This document shows positions 8,784 through 21,560 of a stretch of DNA of 64,000 nt, one piece after another. Both the position numbers and the translations under genes were made by a program. Source of the stretch: Armatimonadota bacterium. GTDB taxonomy: Bacteria; Armatimonadota; UBA5829; DTLH01. Positions within the stretch are counted from its first letter, which is position 1, and every line of letters begins with the position of its first letter. The notes under the pieces are model-generated. The model searched no databases. It worked only from the letters and a program-made list of their open reading frames with translations, and had not been told where the DNA came from. The DNA lies in the NCBI GenBank assembly GCA_038207085.1, contig JBBRAE010000001.1:160001-224000 (forward strand), read 5' to 3'.

Positions 8784-10430
8784 GTGATCCTGAACCGTAA
8801 ACAGCTGAAGAGGCTGCGTGAGATCGGCGCGGTGCTGACCAAGCACGGCTGGGGGCACATCATTTCCCGGGCAGGGCTCACCGGCATATTCCGCTATAGG
8901 GGGCCTGCCGGGCAGCCGGAGCCACCGGTCAGGCTTATGCGGGCCCTTGAGGAACTCGGCCCGACATTTGTGAAGCTCGGACAGGTGCTAAGCACTCGCC
9001 CCGACCTCCTGCCTCCAGAGTACATCGCCGAGCTCAGCAAGCTGCAAGATACTGCGCCTCTGGTTCCAACGGAGCAGATCACGGCGGTTATTGAAACGTC
9101 TCTCGGTTCGCCCATCAAACAGATATTTGCCACATTCAGTGACGTGCCCCTTGCCGCCGCCTCGCTTGGACAGGTGCATGAGGCGCGCTTGAAAGATGGC
9201 TCAGAAGTGATAATCAAAGTCCAAAGGCCGGGGATCACTTCGGTTATTGACAGCGACATCGACATCCTGCGCACGCTTGCAAACTTTCTCGAAGCCCACA
9301 TCGATGTCGCAAAGACGTATGGTCTGAGCGAAATCGTTGACGAGTTCGCTATTACTATTCACGAAGAGCTCGACTATACCAGGGAAGCGCACAATACCGA
9401 TCACCTGCGCCAGAACCTCTCCCACGAAAAGGAGGCCTTCGTCCCCGGGATATGCTGGGATTATACCACCACCCGCGTTCTGACCATGGACAAGGCTGAG
9501 GGGGTAAAGATCAGCGACTTCGAGGGGCTTGACCGTATCGGTGCGGACCGAAAACAGATCGCCAACTCGCTTTCATCGGTGTTCCTCAAGCAGATATTCG
9601 TCGACGGCTACTTCCACGCCGACCCCCACCCCGGCAACCTGATAGTCACACCGGATATGCGGATCGCACTGATCGACGCGGGGCAGGTGCGCCAGCTCGA
9701 TGCAGCGGGAAAGTCGGGCCTCATCAGGCTCTTGGTGGCGTTTGAGCACAAGGACACCCGTCAATTCGCCGAGGAGATCGCCTACATTGGCATATCGCGT
9801 GGTGAGATCGACTACCCACTCTTTACCCGCGATATGGAGAAAATTTTGCGGCAGTACTACGATCTGCCGTCGGGCGTCATTAGTATTGGGCTGCTCTTGA
9901 TGCAGGTCATGGCAGCATCGGCCAAGCACAAGATCAGGCTCCCCATGAGCTTTGCCGTGCTTGGGAAAGTGCTCGCCAACATCGATGGGATCAACAGGCA
10001 ACTCGACCCCAATTGGAACTTCACCGAAGCCGCACGGCCATACATCGCGAGGTCGGTTCGTGACCAGTTGAAGAGCGACGAAATAGTCTCGGACGCCTAC
10101 CGCGCGTTGGTCGACGTCAAGTCGCTTCTCTTCAGCCTGCCGGAGTATATGAACCAGCTCTTTAGAAAAGCCATTGAGGGAACGCTGAGAATCGAGTTCA
10201 AGCACAAAGGGCTGGAAGAGCTTGAAAACAGGCTGGACCGCAGTATCAACCGGCTTTCATTTGCGTTGATCGTGGCATCGATAATCATCGGAAGCTCACT
10301 GCTAACGCTCGGACACCTCGGAAACCATGTGATATTCGGGCTGCCAATGCTTGGCGCGGTTGGTTACGTGATGGCTACGGTGTTTGGGGTATGGCTCCTG
10401 CTTTCGATCAGCAAGTCAGGCCGATTGTGA
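8784..10430 (+). CDS. ABC1/UbiB/AarF-family atypical kinase
   Basis: LGPTFVKLGQ, AAASLGQVH, IKVQRPG, EELDY..E, FHADPHPGN, DAG; C-terminal TM helices. Confidence 0.93.
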   Translation: MILNRKQLKRLREIGAVLTKHGWGHIISRAGLTGIFRYRGPAGQPEPPVRLMRALEELGPTFVKLGQVLSTRPDLLPPEYIAELSKLQDTAPLVPTEQITAVIETSLGSPIKQIFATFSDVPLAAASLGQVHEARLKDGSEVIIKVQRPGITSVIDSDIDILRTLANFLEAHIDVAKTYGLSEIVDEFAITIHEELDYTREAHNTDHLRQNLSHEKEAFVPGICWDYTTTRVLTMDKAEGVKISDFEGLDRIGADRKQIANSLSSVFLKQIFVDGYFHADPHPGNLIVTPDMRIALIDAGQVRQLDAAGKSGLIRLLVAFEHKDTRQFAEEIAYIGISRGEIDYPLFTRDMEKILRQYYDLPSGVISIGLLLMQVMAASAKHKIRLPMSFAVLGKVLANIDGINRQLDPNWNFTEAARPYIARSVRDQLKSDEIVSDAYRALVDVKSLLFSLPEYMNQLFRKAIEGTLRIEFKHKGLEELENRLDRSINRLSFALIVASIIIGSSLLTLGHLGNHVIFGLPMLGAVGYVMATVFGVWLLLSISKSGRL

Positions 10431-11573
10431 CGTATAGAGCTTCGTCACGTCCCGCGACAAGCGGCGAAGATACTCCGGCGCATATGCTATACACTCATCA
10501 ATACTGATCGGCCCTGACGCAATGCTGAATAGCGCTGTCGCGCCGAGATCGTAAAGCGCGTCAGCGCCGTCTCCGATGCTCCCTGCGAGAATCACCACTG
10601 GGACACCAGCCGCTCGGCAGCGTGAGAGAACCCCGGATATCGTCTTGCCGTACGCGGTCTGGCCATCGACTCTGCCTTCTCCAGTAAAGACCAGGTCCGC
10701 GCCACGAACTCGCTCATCAAAGTGTGTCACGCCAAGCACGATGTCGATTCCTGACTCGAGTTTTGCGCGAAGAAACGCCATTAGGCCAGCTCCCATGCCG
10801 CCAGCTGCGCCGCCTCCGGGGACTTGCTCGACATCCACGCCAACGTCACGCAAGATCACCCTAGCGTAGTTCGCCAGCGCAGCGTCGAGCACATCGACAG
10901 CCGATGGAGTTGCGCCTTTTTGCGGGCCGTAGACGGCTGACGCGCCCATCGGGCCGGTGAGCGGGTTGGTGACATCGCAGGCGACTTGGACACTTATTTC
11001 TCTGGGGTCAATCAGCATCTTGGATGTGTCGATTGATGCGAGTTGGGTGAGCGCGCCTCCTCCATCAGGCAAAGATTTGCCGTCAGCATCGAGAAATCTG
11101 ACGCCGAGTGCAGACATAGCACCCGCGCCGCCGTCGTTTGTAGCGCTGCCGCCTATGCCGATCACAAACCGTCGACACCCTCGGGAGTATGCGTCCAGAA
11201 TGAGCTCGCCGACTCCACGCGTGGTCGTAAGGGTTGGATCGCGTTGATCAAGTGGGACCAGGTCAAGCCCGGCGGCTGCGGCCATTTCCACAACTGCCGT
11301 ATTGCCGTCATCGATGACACCATAGAACGCATCGATAGCCCGGCCCAGCGGGCCGGTAACTGTAGCTGGTACAATCTGACCGCCGGAGGAGTCAACGAGC
11401 GCTGCGACGGTGCCTTCACCGCCATCGGCAAGTGGAATTGCATCAACGACCGCATCGGGAACAGCTAAAAGTATGCCTTCAGAGATCGCTTCGGCTGCAT
11501 CTATTGCGGACAGACTCCCCTTGAACGAATCAGGGCAGACAACCACCCGAAGTGTTCTGTTGTTAACCACCAC
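10416..11573 (-). CDS. glxK: Glycerate kinase (GlxK/GarK family)
   Basis: PDSFKGS, ADGGEGT, GIGGSATNDGG, GAAGG, TGEGRVDGQT..GK; start trimmed to a GTG overlapping the upstream stop. Confidence 0.92.
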   Translation of the reverse strand: MVVNNRTLRVVVCPDSFKGSLSAIDAAEAISEGILLAVPDAVVDAIPLADGGEGTVAALVDSSGGQIVPATVTGPLGRAIDAFYGVIDDGNTAVVEMAAAAGLDLVPLDQRDPTLTTTRGVGELILDAYSRGCRRFVIGIGGSATNDGGAGAMSALGVRFLDADGKSLPDGGGALTQLASIDTSKMLIDPREISVQVACDVTNPLTGPMGASAVYGPQKGATPSAVDVLDAALANYARVILRDVGVDVEQVPGGGAAGGMGAGLMAFLRAKLESGIDIVLGVTHFDERVRGADLVFTGEGRVDGQTAYGKTISGVLSRCRAAGVPVVILAGSIGDGADALYDLGATALFSIASGPISIDECIAYAPEYLRRLSRDVTKLYTSQSA

Positions 11574-12660
11574 TGCCGCCTCGAAGCATCTCTGCTGCGG
11601 CTGCGCCTGCTGCTGAGGCCGCAAGGAAGAACTCGGGGTCTTCGTTGAATCCACGACCCATCGTAGAGAGCTTGATTCCCCGATCGACGCACTCGCGGAT
11701 GCCGGGGAGGCCGTCGAGTATCCGAATCTTGTGGCGGTATACTATCGGTGACTGCCTGATCTGCTCCTGTATTCCAAGGAGTTTCAGCTCGTCGATCGCG
11801 GGCAGAGCAAGCAAGGCCTGGGTCAGGGCGATTTCAGAGAGTGCAGTCACAGTATGGTGACTTAAGCCTCTGTGTCGTGGTCTGGGGTCTGCGAAGCTGA
11901 TTCTAGGAATCGCGATGGCCGCCCCGCCGAGCGTATTCACAGCGTTAATGATCTCCCCCTGCTCAAGCCCCGTAAAACCGTATTTGGTGCCTGTGCCGAC
12001 GTTCCCAGGCCCCTGGCAGACTATCACTACGTCGGCCTGCGCGGCCATCTTGGCTGCGACAAGGGCGCTCGGGATATTGACAGCTTCCATATCCCCACCG
12101 AATGCTTGTCCGCAGGTAATGGTGGCATCGATCAAGCCGCTCTCTTTCATCTGGGCGACCAGGCGACTGAAAGCGATCGGGAGCGCGGCTGAGTCGGTCA
12201 TGATGTAGACCACACGGGCCTTCGGCTGCGTCAGTCGCTTTATCGCCGCCGCAGCGGGAGCTATCTGGCTGTGAAGTTGGCCCACTATCACCGGGAGCTT
12301 GTCAAGCGTTCGAAACGCGTCAATCACATTCCGGCGCGGGCTTGCTTCTTCCTCGACTGAAAGCACGGAATGCTGCTCAGGGGTGTAGCGCAGCTTCATA
12401 ATGTGTCCCGAAGCGTCCGGGGCGACGTCTTCAGCCTCGCGTGATAGTGACTCCATCACAAAATGCAGCCCACCGGTGCCGAGGTTCAAGCCTACAGCCG
12501 TAGTATTGACTACTACCCGCTCGCCAATCCCGGGCTCGGCGATGAGGTCGGTGTAGGCGATGGCTTTTGAGAGCTCATCGCCTATCTTCACCTCGATTTC
12601 AACTGCGCCGGGACGCCTCGCGAGTATCTGAGTTACGGTTCCGACCGACTTTGTCAGCAT
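11563..12660 (-). CDS. DUF3866 family protein
   Basis: NTTAVGLNLGTGG, GHIMKLRYTP, LHSQ, GQAFGGD.EA, GPGNVGTG..YGF, RPRHRGLSHHT. Confidence 0.85.
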   Translation of the reverse strand: MLTKSVGTVTQILARRPGAVEIEVKIGDELSKAIAYTDLIAEPGIGERVVVNTTAVGLNLGTGGLHFVMESLSREAEDVAPDASGHIMKLRYTPEQHSVLSVEEEASPRRNVIDAFRTLDKLPVIVGQLHSQIAPAAAAIKRLTQPKARVVYIMTDSAALPIAFSRLVAQMKESGLIDATITCGQAFGGDMEAVNIPSALVAAKMAAQADVVIVCQGPGNVGTGTKYGFTGLEQGEIINAVNTLGGAAIAIPRISFADPRPRHRGLSHHTVTALSEIALTQALLALPAIDELKLLGIQEQIRQSPIVYRHKIRILDGLPGIRECVDRGIKLSTMGRGFNEDPEFFLAASAAGAAAAEMLRGGSGG

Positions 12661-12663
12661 ATA

Positions 12664-13785
12664 CTACTTGCCGCTTTCGGCGATAAGAGCGAGCGTGAAC
12701 TCTGTTGCCTTCACAAGGTCATCTATCGAGATATGCTCCTCGCGTGTGTGCGCACCTTCGTAACCGACACCGATGACCACCGCAGGAACGCCCTTTTCGT
12801 TGAAGATGTTCGCATCACTTCCACCGCCACCGTGAACTAGTTCCACATCTATACCGATCGATCTTCCCGCCGCCTGCGCGAGCTTGACGGGGGGATCGTC
12901 GGCTGTCCAGCGATAGGTTGTATACTCCTGAACCACTTCCATCTCTGCCTTCGCCCCGATCTCTTTTGCAGCTTCAATAAACGTGCTCTTCATATGCTCG
13001 ACCTGGGCCTTAAGCTTTGCATCGTTGCGGCTTCTGGCCTCAGCGCGGATCACCACCTCATCAGGAATGATGTTGCGTGCCTTACCGCCGTGGATCACAC
13101 CGATGTTTGCAGTCGTCTCCTCGTCGATTCGCCCGAGCTTCATACGCGAGATAGCGTTGCTAGCGGCCAAAATCGCGCTAACACCTGCCTCGGGATGAAT
13201 CCCGGCGTGCGCCGCCTTGCCGATGATCGTCACCAGGAAGTTCACATGCGTCGGAGCCGATATCACAACTCCAGCCACCGGCTTTTCGGTATCAAGAACG
13301 TATCCAACACCGGATTTAAGCGCACTCGGGTCAATCTCTTTTGCGCCCATCAAACCGATCTCTTCTGCGATTGTAAAGAGAATCTGAAGCCGCTTGAACG
13401 GCACATTCTTCTCTATCGCAACCTGTGCGGCTTCGAGAATCGCCGCGATTCCGGCTTTGTCGTCCGCGCCGAGGATCGTCTTGCCGTCGGACTTTACGAC
13501 ACCGTCCTCAGTGACCACGGGCTGCAGACCTTCGGTGGGCTGGACGGTGTCCATGTGTGCCGCGAGAAAGATGGAGGTACCGGCCCCGGATTCTCCTTCG
13601 CGGGTCGCAATAAGATTACCGCAGTTGCCGCCGATCACATTGCCTGCGTTGTCCTCGATTACGTCAAAGCCCATCTCTTCAAGCTTTGGACGAAGGTAGT
13701 CGGCGACTGGTCGCTCTGCGCGCGAAGGGCTGTTGATCTCAACAAGATCAAGAAATGTCCGGAGAAGCCGGTCTCGGTTTACCAT
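12664..13785 (-). CDS. M20 peptidase T-like (YqjE-like) metallohydrolase
   Basis: AHMDTV, LGADDKAG, AEEIG, HAG, GGGSDAN, AHTREE. Confidence 0.92.
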   Translation of the reverse strand: MVNRDRLLRTFLDLVEINSPSRAERPVADYLRPKLEEMGFDVIEDNAGNVIGGNCGNLIATREGESGAGTSIFLAAHMDTVQPTEGLQPVVTEDGVVKSDGKTILGADDKAGIAAILEAAQVAIEKNVPFKRLQILFTIAEEIGLMGAKEIDPSALKSGVGYVLDTEKPVAGVVISAPTHVNFLVTIIGKAAHAGIHPEAGVSAILAASNAISRMKLGRIDEETTANIGVIHGGKARNIIPDEVVIRAEARSRNDAKLKAQVEHMKSTFIEAAKEIGAKAEMEVVQEYTTYRWTADDPPVKLAQAAGRSIGIDVELVHGGGGSDANIFNEKGVPAVVIGVGYEGAHTREEHISIDDLVKATEFTLALIAESGK

Positions 13786-13789
13786 CTGA

Positions 13790-14830
13790 TCACCTCGTAA
13801 TCGTTACTTTGGATAGACCTCTTGGGTTGTCAGGGTCGATGCCCTTGGTCAGTGCGAGATACTGGGCGAAAATCTGCCCCGCTACAATGTAGACCATTGG
13901 AGAAAGAAGGTCGTCCATCTCCACAGGGATTCTAATCGGTGTTTTGGCGATATCGAGCATCTCTTTGTCGTTCGAGAAGCTGATCAGCTCTGCCCCTTTT
14001 GCATGCAGGAGCTTCGCCATATCACGCATCGAACCAATCGCTGGTCCGGTAGGCGCGTAAAGGAAACAAGGAAGCCCATCGCTCACAACCGCAATCGGCC
14101 CGTGCTGGAAGTCAGCAGCAGAGTATGGATCCGCGCTCACATAACAGGTTTCAGCCATCTTCAGGGCGGCCTCAAACGCTGTGGCGCGGTTGATTCCACG
14201 GGCGAGCACGATGCACTCGCTCATATATCTGTAGCGCTCGACCTTTTCGGCGATCTGTTCTTCGCAGGCGTCGATAACCTCTTCAATGGCGTCGGCTGTG
14301 ACTAGCAGCCTGTCGACCAAATCTTCGCGGCCTGACACTGATGCACAGAGCAGGGTGAGCGCGGCTAGAGTCGACGTATAGGTCTTGGTCGCCGCAACGC
14401 TCTTCTCAGGGCCGGCGTGACAGAGAATTGTAAAATCACAGACGTCGGCAAGCTCCGAAGTCGGTTCGTTTGTGATGCTGAGCGTCAACGCTCCCTGCCT
14501 CTTGGCTCCTTCGAGATACTCGATGACGTCGGCAGCTTGCCCGGACTGTGATATCCCAACAACAAACGACCCCGCCAGGTTTGGCTTGGCGTCATATAGT
14601 GTGAAAAGAGAAGGGGCAGCCAGCACGACAGGCATTCCCGTAACTATTCCAAATAAATACTTTCCATAGGTCGCCGCGTTGTCGGAGGTTCCGCGCGCCG
14701 CGATCGAGGCGAATTGTGCGCCGTGACTCTTCAGTTCCTCGGCGATTCTTTTGGTGTTTTGCCGCTCTTCCACAACGAGCTTTCGGATAACTCCGGGCTG
14801 CTCCCGGATCTCATCCATCATTTTGGACAT
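13790..14830 (-). CDS. SIS-domain sugar-phosphate isomerase/deaminase (GlmS C-terminal-like)
   Basis: ARGTSDNA, ISQSG, VAATKTY, ALKMAE, HGP, DNPRGLSKVT; no glutaminase domain. Confidence 0.88.
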   Translation of the reverse strand: MSKMMDEIREQPGVIRKLVVEERQNTKRIAEELKSHGAQFASIAARGTSDNAATYGKYLFGIVTGMPVVLAAPSLFTLYDAKPNLAGSFVVGISQSGQAADVIEYLEGAKRQGALTLSITNEPTSELADVCDFTILCHAGPEKSVAATKTYTSTLAALTLLCASVSGREDLVDRLLVTADAIEEVIDACEEQIAEKVERYRYMSECIVLARGINRATAFEAALKMAETCYVSADPYSAADFQHGPIAVVSDGLPCFLYAPTGPAIGSMRDMAKLLHAKGAELISFSNDKEMLDIAKTPIRIPVEMDDLLSPMVYIVAGQIFAQYLALTKGIDPDNPRGLSKVTITR

Positions 14831-14998
14831 TATTGTTGCTCCAGTCTTTCATTCTTCTGCGATGATATAACCATTAAGGCCGTGCGTTAAGCGTGCCGAC
14901 GGTTATTGTACGACATACCGGGCATACGCGTCAAAGCGATTGACTTCGGGGCGATGAAATGGTAGACTAACACGTTAATAAAAGTGAGGCATCGAATA

Positions 14999-15810
14999 TT
15001 GGTTAACGCGTCGCCCAAGACTTATGTTTTTGACCTCGACGGCGTCATCTACCGCGGTGAAATCCCCCTGCCGCATGCTAGCGAGACGCTGCTTGAGCTT
15101 GAGCACCGCGGGCGCAAGGTGTTCTTCTTTACAAACAACTCCGCCGCCCATAGGGATGACTACCTCTCAAAACTCTCCGACATGGGCATACCCGTCTCTT
15201 ACGATAAACTCATGACCTCCGCTTACGCTACAGTTCTCTATCTCAAAGAACACGACGGCACAGGCCGAAAAGCGTACGTTGTCGGTGGCGCAGGGCTTGT
15301 ACGTGAGCTTAGAGAGGCCGGGGTGGATGTGGTGTGCGAGAGTGAATCCCCCGCCTGCGTAGACTACGTGATCGTCGGACTCGATAGGGAGTTCACCTAC
15401 GATAAGCTAAAGTTCGCCCAACACGCAATTTTGTCCGGCGCGAAGTTTATTGCCACAAACACCGATGCGACCTACCCGGTTGAAGATGGCGTCGTGCTCC
15501 CCGGAGGCGGTTCCATCGTGGCATCGATTCGCACGGCTTCAGGGGCTGAGCCGGTCGTAATTGGGAAACCCGAAACCTACGCGCTTGAGAAGATACTTGA
15601 GTTCGCCGGTACTACGGCGGAGGAAAGCGTTATGGTCGGCGACCGGCTGGAAACTGACATTTTGCTCGGCAAACGGGCCGGCATGCATACCGTTCTGCCG
15701 CTCACCGGAGTGACAGACGAGCGTATGGTCGTCGAAGCGCCGTTTGAGATGAAGCCTGAACGCGTGATACGCTACCTGGATGAGCTGCTCGATGAATCGT
15801 GGGCGTCCAG

Positions 15811-15814
<4 letters not shown>
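14999..15814 (+). CDS. HAD-IIA (NagD-like) phosphatase
   Basis: FDLDGVIY, TNN, ATNTD, IGKPE, MVGDRLETDI. Confidence 0.92.
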
Positions 15815-18269
<2,455 letters not shown>

Positions 18270-18275
18270 TATTTA

Positions 18276-18319
18276 TCTGAAGGGCGTGTCGATCTGAGCC
18301 GATCAACGCGCCCTTCAGA
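18276..18319. terminator. Long hairpin after pyrG
   Basis: TCTGAAGGGCGTGTCGATC / GATCAACGCGCCCTTCAGA, 19-bp stem with one wobble and one mismatch; no U-tract on +. Confidence 0.55.
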
Positions 18320-18348
18320 ACGAAACAGAATGACCGGGAGGGGTTACT

Positions 18349-19329
18349 ATGAATCGCAAGCGTTGTTTTCTCACTGTTGGGGCAGGTTTGGCATTTTTGA
18401 TCGCTTTTGGGTGCGCATCTTTTGCCGATAACACTGCGACCTCAAGCGACATCGCATTCACATTTGCACCACCAAGCGGCCTCAGCTTCATTGAAAAGCA
18501 GAAGACTGTTCAGACGACCACCGGCGGCGGCATGCCAAAGATGGTCTACACGATGGTGAACAACAAAAAAGTCCAGATCACCAAGACCGACACGGGCTAC
18601 ACGCTCGTATCGACCCCGATGGAGGTCGAGGCCCGGTTCAACAATAGGCCCCTACCCCCTGATATGCTGCTCACAGAGAAGGTTGTGGCGAGGCAGGCTG
18701 TTCATACCTGCAGTATCGATGACACCGGCCGCCTGCTTGCAATTGATGGCCTCGACACGTTCTTCAAGCAACTAAAAGATGTTGTCGCCCTAAAATATCC
18801 CCAAGGGGCAAAGAGACTCAGTGATATGGAGCCTGTGTTGAAGCTTGGGGTCGAGACTTCCATAAAGGATGACTGGCTTGATCGCGTCACTGCCTACACA
18901 GGTAAGACCGCCAAGATCGGCGAGCTTTGGAAGTCTCAGGAGAAGATGCCTGCGTACTCTGGGAACCTTACGGTAAATATGAGGACACGTTTCGTCGAGC
19001 GGGTAAGCAAAGGTGGACACGACTGTGTTTTGCTTCGGTTTCACTACGCAACTGACCCGAATGCTGTAAAGGCCGAGATCAAGGACGCATTCAACGACGT
19101 GATGACGATGATGAACCTGCCGTCGTCCATAAAGCTGCCTAAGATAGTTGCAGCGGAGCTCTCCGGCGACGGAGAACGGGTTATCGATCCCGAGACTATG
19201 CTCGTCTATTCAGAGACACAGACCTTATCGTTTACGATGGTAATGGACATTCCGGGCATGGGTAGAAAAGGCTACACGACGGACTCGAAAGAAGACTACA
19301 GCTACGAATACCAGCAACCATCCAACTAA
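18349..19329 (+). CDS. Exported hypothetical protein
   Basis: GGGAGGGG SD; signal peptide MNRKRCFLTVGAGLAFLIAFGCASFA; beta-rich. Confidence 0.75.
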   Translation: MNRKRCFLTVGAGLAFLIAFGCASFADNTATSSDIAFTFAPPSGLSFIEKQKTVQTTTGGGMPKMVYTMVNNKKVQITKTDTGYTLVSTPMEVEARFNNRPLPPDMLLTEKVVARQAVHTCSIDDTGRLLAIDGLDTFFKQLKDVVALKYPQGAKRLSDMEPVLKLGVETSIKDDWLDRVTAYTGKTAKIGELWKSQEKMPAYSGNLTVNMRTRFVERVSKGGHDCVLLRFHYATDPNAVKAEIKDAFNDVMTMMNLPSSIKLPKIVAAELSGDGERVIDPETMLVYSETQTLSFTMVMDIPGMGRKGYTTDSKEDYSYEYQQPSN

Positions 19330-19438
19330 CTGATCAAAATTCAGCCCAAATGGGTTTCATTGACCGGCTGTTTTCCGTATATATAAGTATGCCGGTGTGC
19401 AAGCCGGCCATCTTACTGTTCGAAGAAAGGCACATACC

Positions 19439-19837
19439 GTGGAACGAGAGGGTTGGCTAAGTCTTAGAAAATCGACGGAGGCAAATTGGGCGCAGGCTCG
19501 GGCCGACTACGCCGCTGCCGTGACACTGCTGGACGCGGGCGTATACTATGCGAGCGTCTTTTTCAGTCAACAGGCGGCAGAAAAGGCTCTCCGCGCGGCC
19601 ACGATCGACAAGACCGGCAAGAACCCCAAAGGGCATAACCTAATCCAGATGGCGAACAATCTTGATGCCCCACTGGAGGTTATGAACGCTGCTGCGGAGC
19701 TTAACCCGGAGTTTCTGGCGACCCGCAACCCGGAGTCGTCTGAAGGAGTGCCCGCCCAGCTCTATGACCGTCGGGCTGCCCGCCTGCATCTTCGGGCTGC
19801 GCAGTCCATTGTCGATTGGATCAAGTCGGTTTTATAG
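19439..19837 (+). CDS. HEPN domain protein (no adjacent MNT)
   Basis: WAQARADY..FFSQQAAEKAL..GHNL..LATRNP; GTG start after GAAAGG. Confidence 0.85.
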   Translation: MEREGWLSLRKSTEANWAQARADYAAAVTLLDAGVYYASVFFSQQAAEKALRAATIDKTGKNPKGHNLIQMANNLDAPLEVMNAAAELNPEFLATRNPESSEGVPAQLYDRRAARLHLRAAQSIVDWIKSVL

Positions 19838-19972
19838 AATCCGCTTCGTCCGCCTGCTTGTTTTTGTTCGCGTGGTCGCGAATGCATGAGCTTGCGCGCG
19901 AGGACGGGTCAAGTATTGCGTGGATACACTCATCTGCGCGACAGTGTTTATCATAATGGGAGGATCATACAC

Positions 19973-21505
19973 TTGAGTTATCTTCTGGGTATTGACGTCG
20001 GTACCAGCGGCACCAAGGCCTTGATTATCGACAGTTCGCGTGATGGGGCAGCAGTCGGCTCCGCTACAGTGCTTTATCCACTTTACACACCGAAACCCCT
20101 TTGGGCCGAACAGAACCCCGAGGACTGGTGGAACGCGACCGTATCCGCGGTCGCCCAAGCGATTCAACAGGCCGGAATCGCCGCCAAAGAGATCAAAGGC
20201 ATCGGGCTTTCTGGCCAAATGCACGGGTCGGTCTTTCTTGACGAAAATGACGCAATACTTCGACCAGCGATGCTCTGGTGCGACCAGCGAACATCCGACG
20301 AATGCGCCTGGATCACCGACACGATTGGCTTTGATAATGTAATCGAGCTCACCAGCAACCCCGTGCTTACGGGGTTCACTGCGGGCAAGATCATCTGGGT
20401 TAGAAACAACGAGCCCGAGGTCTACAAGAAGATTCGCAAAGTCCTGCTTCCCAAAGACTACATCAGGCTCAAGCTAACCGGCGAGTATGCGACCGAGGTG
20501 TCGGACGCTTCAGGTACATCGCTCTTCAATGTACGAAAGCGCATTTGGGCCGATGAGATGCTGGACGGAATTGGTGTTCCAAGGGACTGGATGCCGAAGT
20601 GCTACGAGTCTCCTGAGGTCTCAGGCAAGGTTAACGAAGCCGCAGCAGCAGCGACCGGACTTGCGGTCGGAACGGCTGTTGTCGGAGGCGGTGGAGACAA
20701 CGCGGCAAGCGCGGTCGGAAACGGTATCGTCGAGCCGGGACTCACGTTCTCGTCGCTCGGCACATCAGGCGTCGTCTTTGCTTACTCGGACGAGCCCGCT
20801 GTCGACCCCAAACTGCGCGTGCACACATTTTGCCACGCGGTGCCGGGCAAGTGGCACCAGATGGGCGTTGTGCTCTCAGCAGGAGGCAGCCTGAGGTGGT
20901 ATCGTGACACATTCGCAGACGCCGAGTGTACAGTTGCCAAGTATATCGATGGCGATCCCTACGATATCATTGCAGAGGAAGCTGAAAACGTCACCCCGGG
21001 GTGCGAGGGGCTGATATTCCTCCCCTACCTCACCGGCGAGCGCACACCACACGCCGACCCCTATGCTCGCGGAGCATTTGTCGGGATCACCCTGCGCCAC
21101 GGCAAGCCGCATTTCGCCCGCTCCGTGATGGAAGGCGTCGCCTACGCGATGAAGGACTCTTTTGAGATCCTGAAAGAGATGAATGTTCCGATCACCCAGG
21201 TTCGCGCGACCGGCGGCGGCGCAAGAAGCGCGGTCTGGAGACAGATGCAAGCCGACGTTACAGGACTTCCTCATGTTACGATCAACACGGGTGAAGGCCC
21301 CGCGCTCGGAGTCGCGCTCCTTGCAGGCGTCGGAACCGGCGTCTATTCAAGCGTGAAGGACGCCTGCCACTCGACGATCAAAGTCGACCTGTCGACCGAC
21401 CCTATTGCTGACAACAGTGCGGCATATAACCGGTACTATCCGGTCTATAAGTCGCTTTATCAGTCTCTCAAGGGCGACTTTAGCACCGTCTCGAAGATCG
21501 AGTAG
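19973..21505 (+). CDS. xylB: Xylulokinase (FGGY family)
   Basis: LGIDVGTSG, GLSGQMHG, LWCDQR, GFTAGK, LLPKDY, GGGDNAA, LPYLTGERTP, GGGARS; TTG start after GGGAGG. Confidence 0.93.
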   Translation: MSYLLGIDVGTSGTKALIIDSSRDGAAVGSATVLYPLYTPKPLWAEQNPEDWWNATVSAVAQAIQQAGIAAKEIKGIGLSGQMHGSVFLDENDAILRPAMLWCDQRTSDECAWITDTIGFDNVIELTSNPVLTGFTAGKIIWVRNNEPEVYKKIRKVLLPKDYIRLKLTGEYATEVSDASGTSLFNVRKRIWADEMLDGIGVPRDWMPKCYESPEVSGKVNEAAAAATGLAVGTAVVGGGGDNAASAVGNGIVEPGLTFSSLGTSGVVFAYSDEPAVDPKLRVHTFCHAVPGKWHQMGVVLSAGGSLRWYRDTFADAECTVAKYIDGDPYDIIAEEAENVTPGCEGLIFLPYLTGERTPHADPYARGAFVGITLRHGKPHFARSVMEGVAYAMKDSFEILKEMNVPITQVRATGGGARSAVWRQMQADVTGLPHVTINTGEGPALGVALLAGVGTGVYSSVKDACHSTIKVDLSTDPIADNSAAYNRYYPVYKSLYQSLKGDFSTVSKIE

Positions 21506-21512
21506 TGTGTAT

Positions 21513-21547
21513 ATCGGCCGGTAGGAGCCTCCTACCGGCCGGTTTTT
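21513..21547 (+). terminator. Intrinsic terminator-like hairpin
   Basis: CGGCCGGTAGGA-GCC-TCCTACCGGCCG followed by GTTTTT. Confidence 0.7.
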
Positions 21548-21560
21548 GAGGGCTAAAAAG

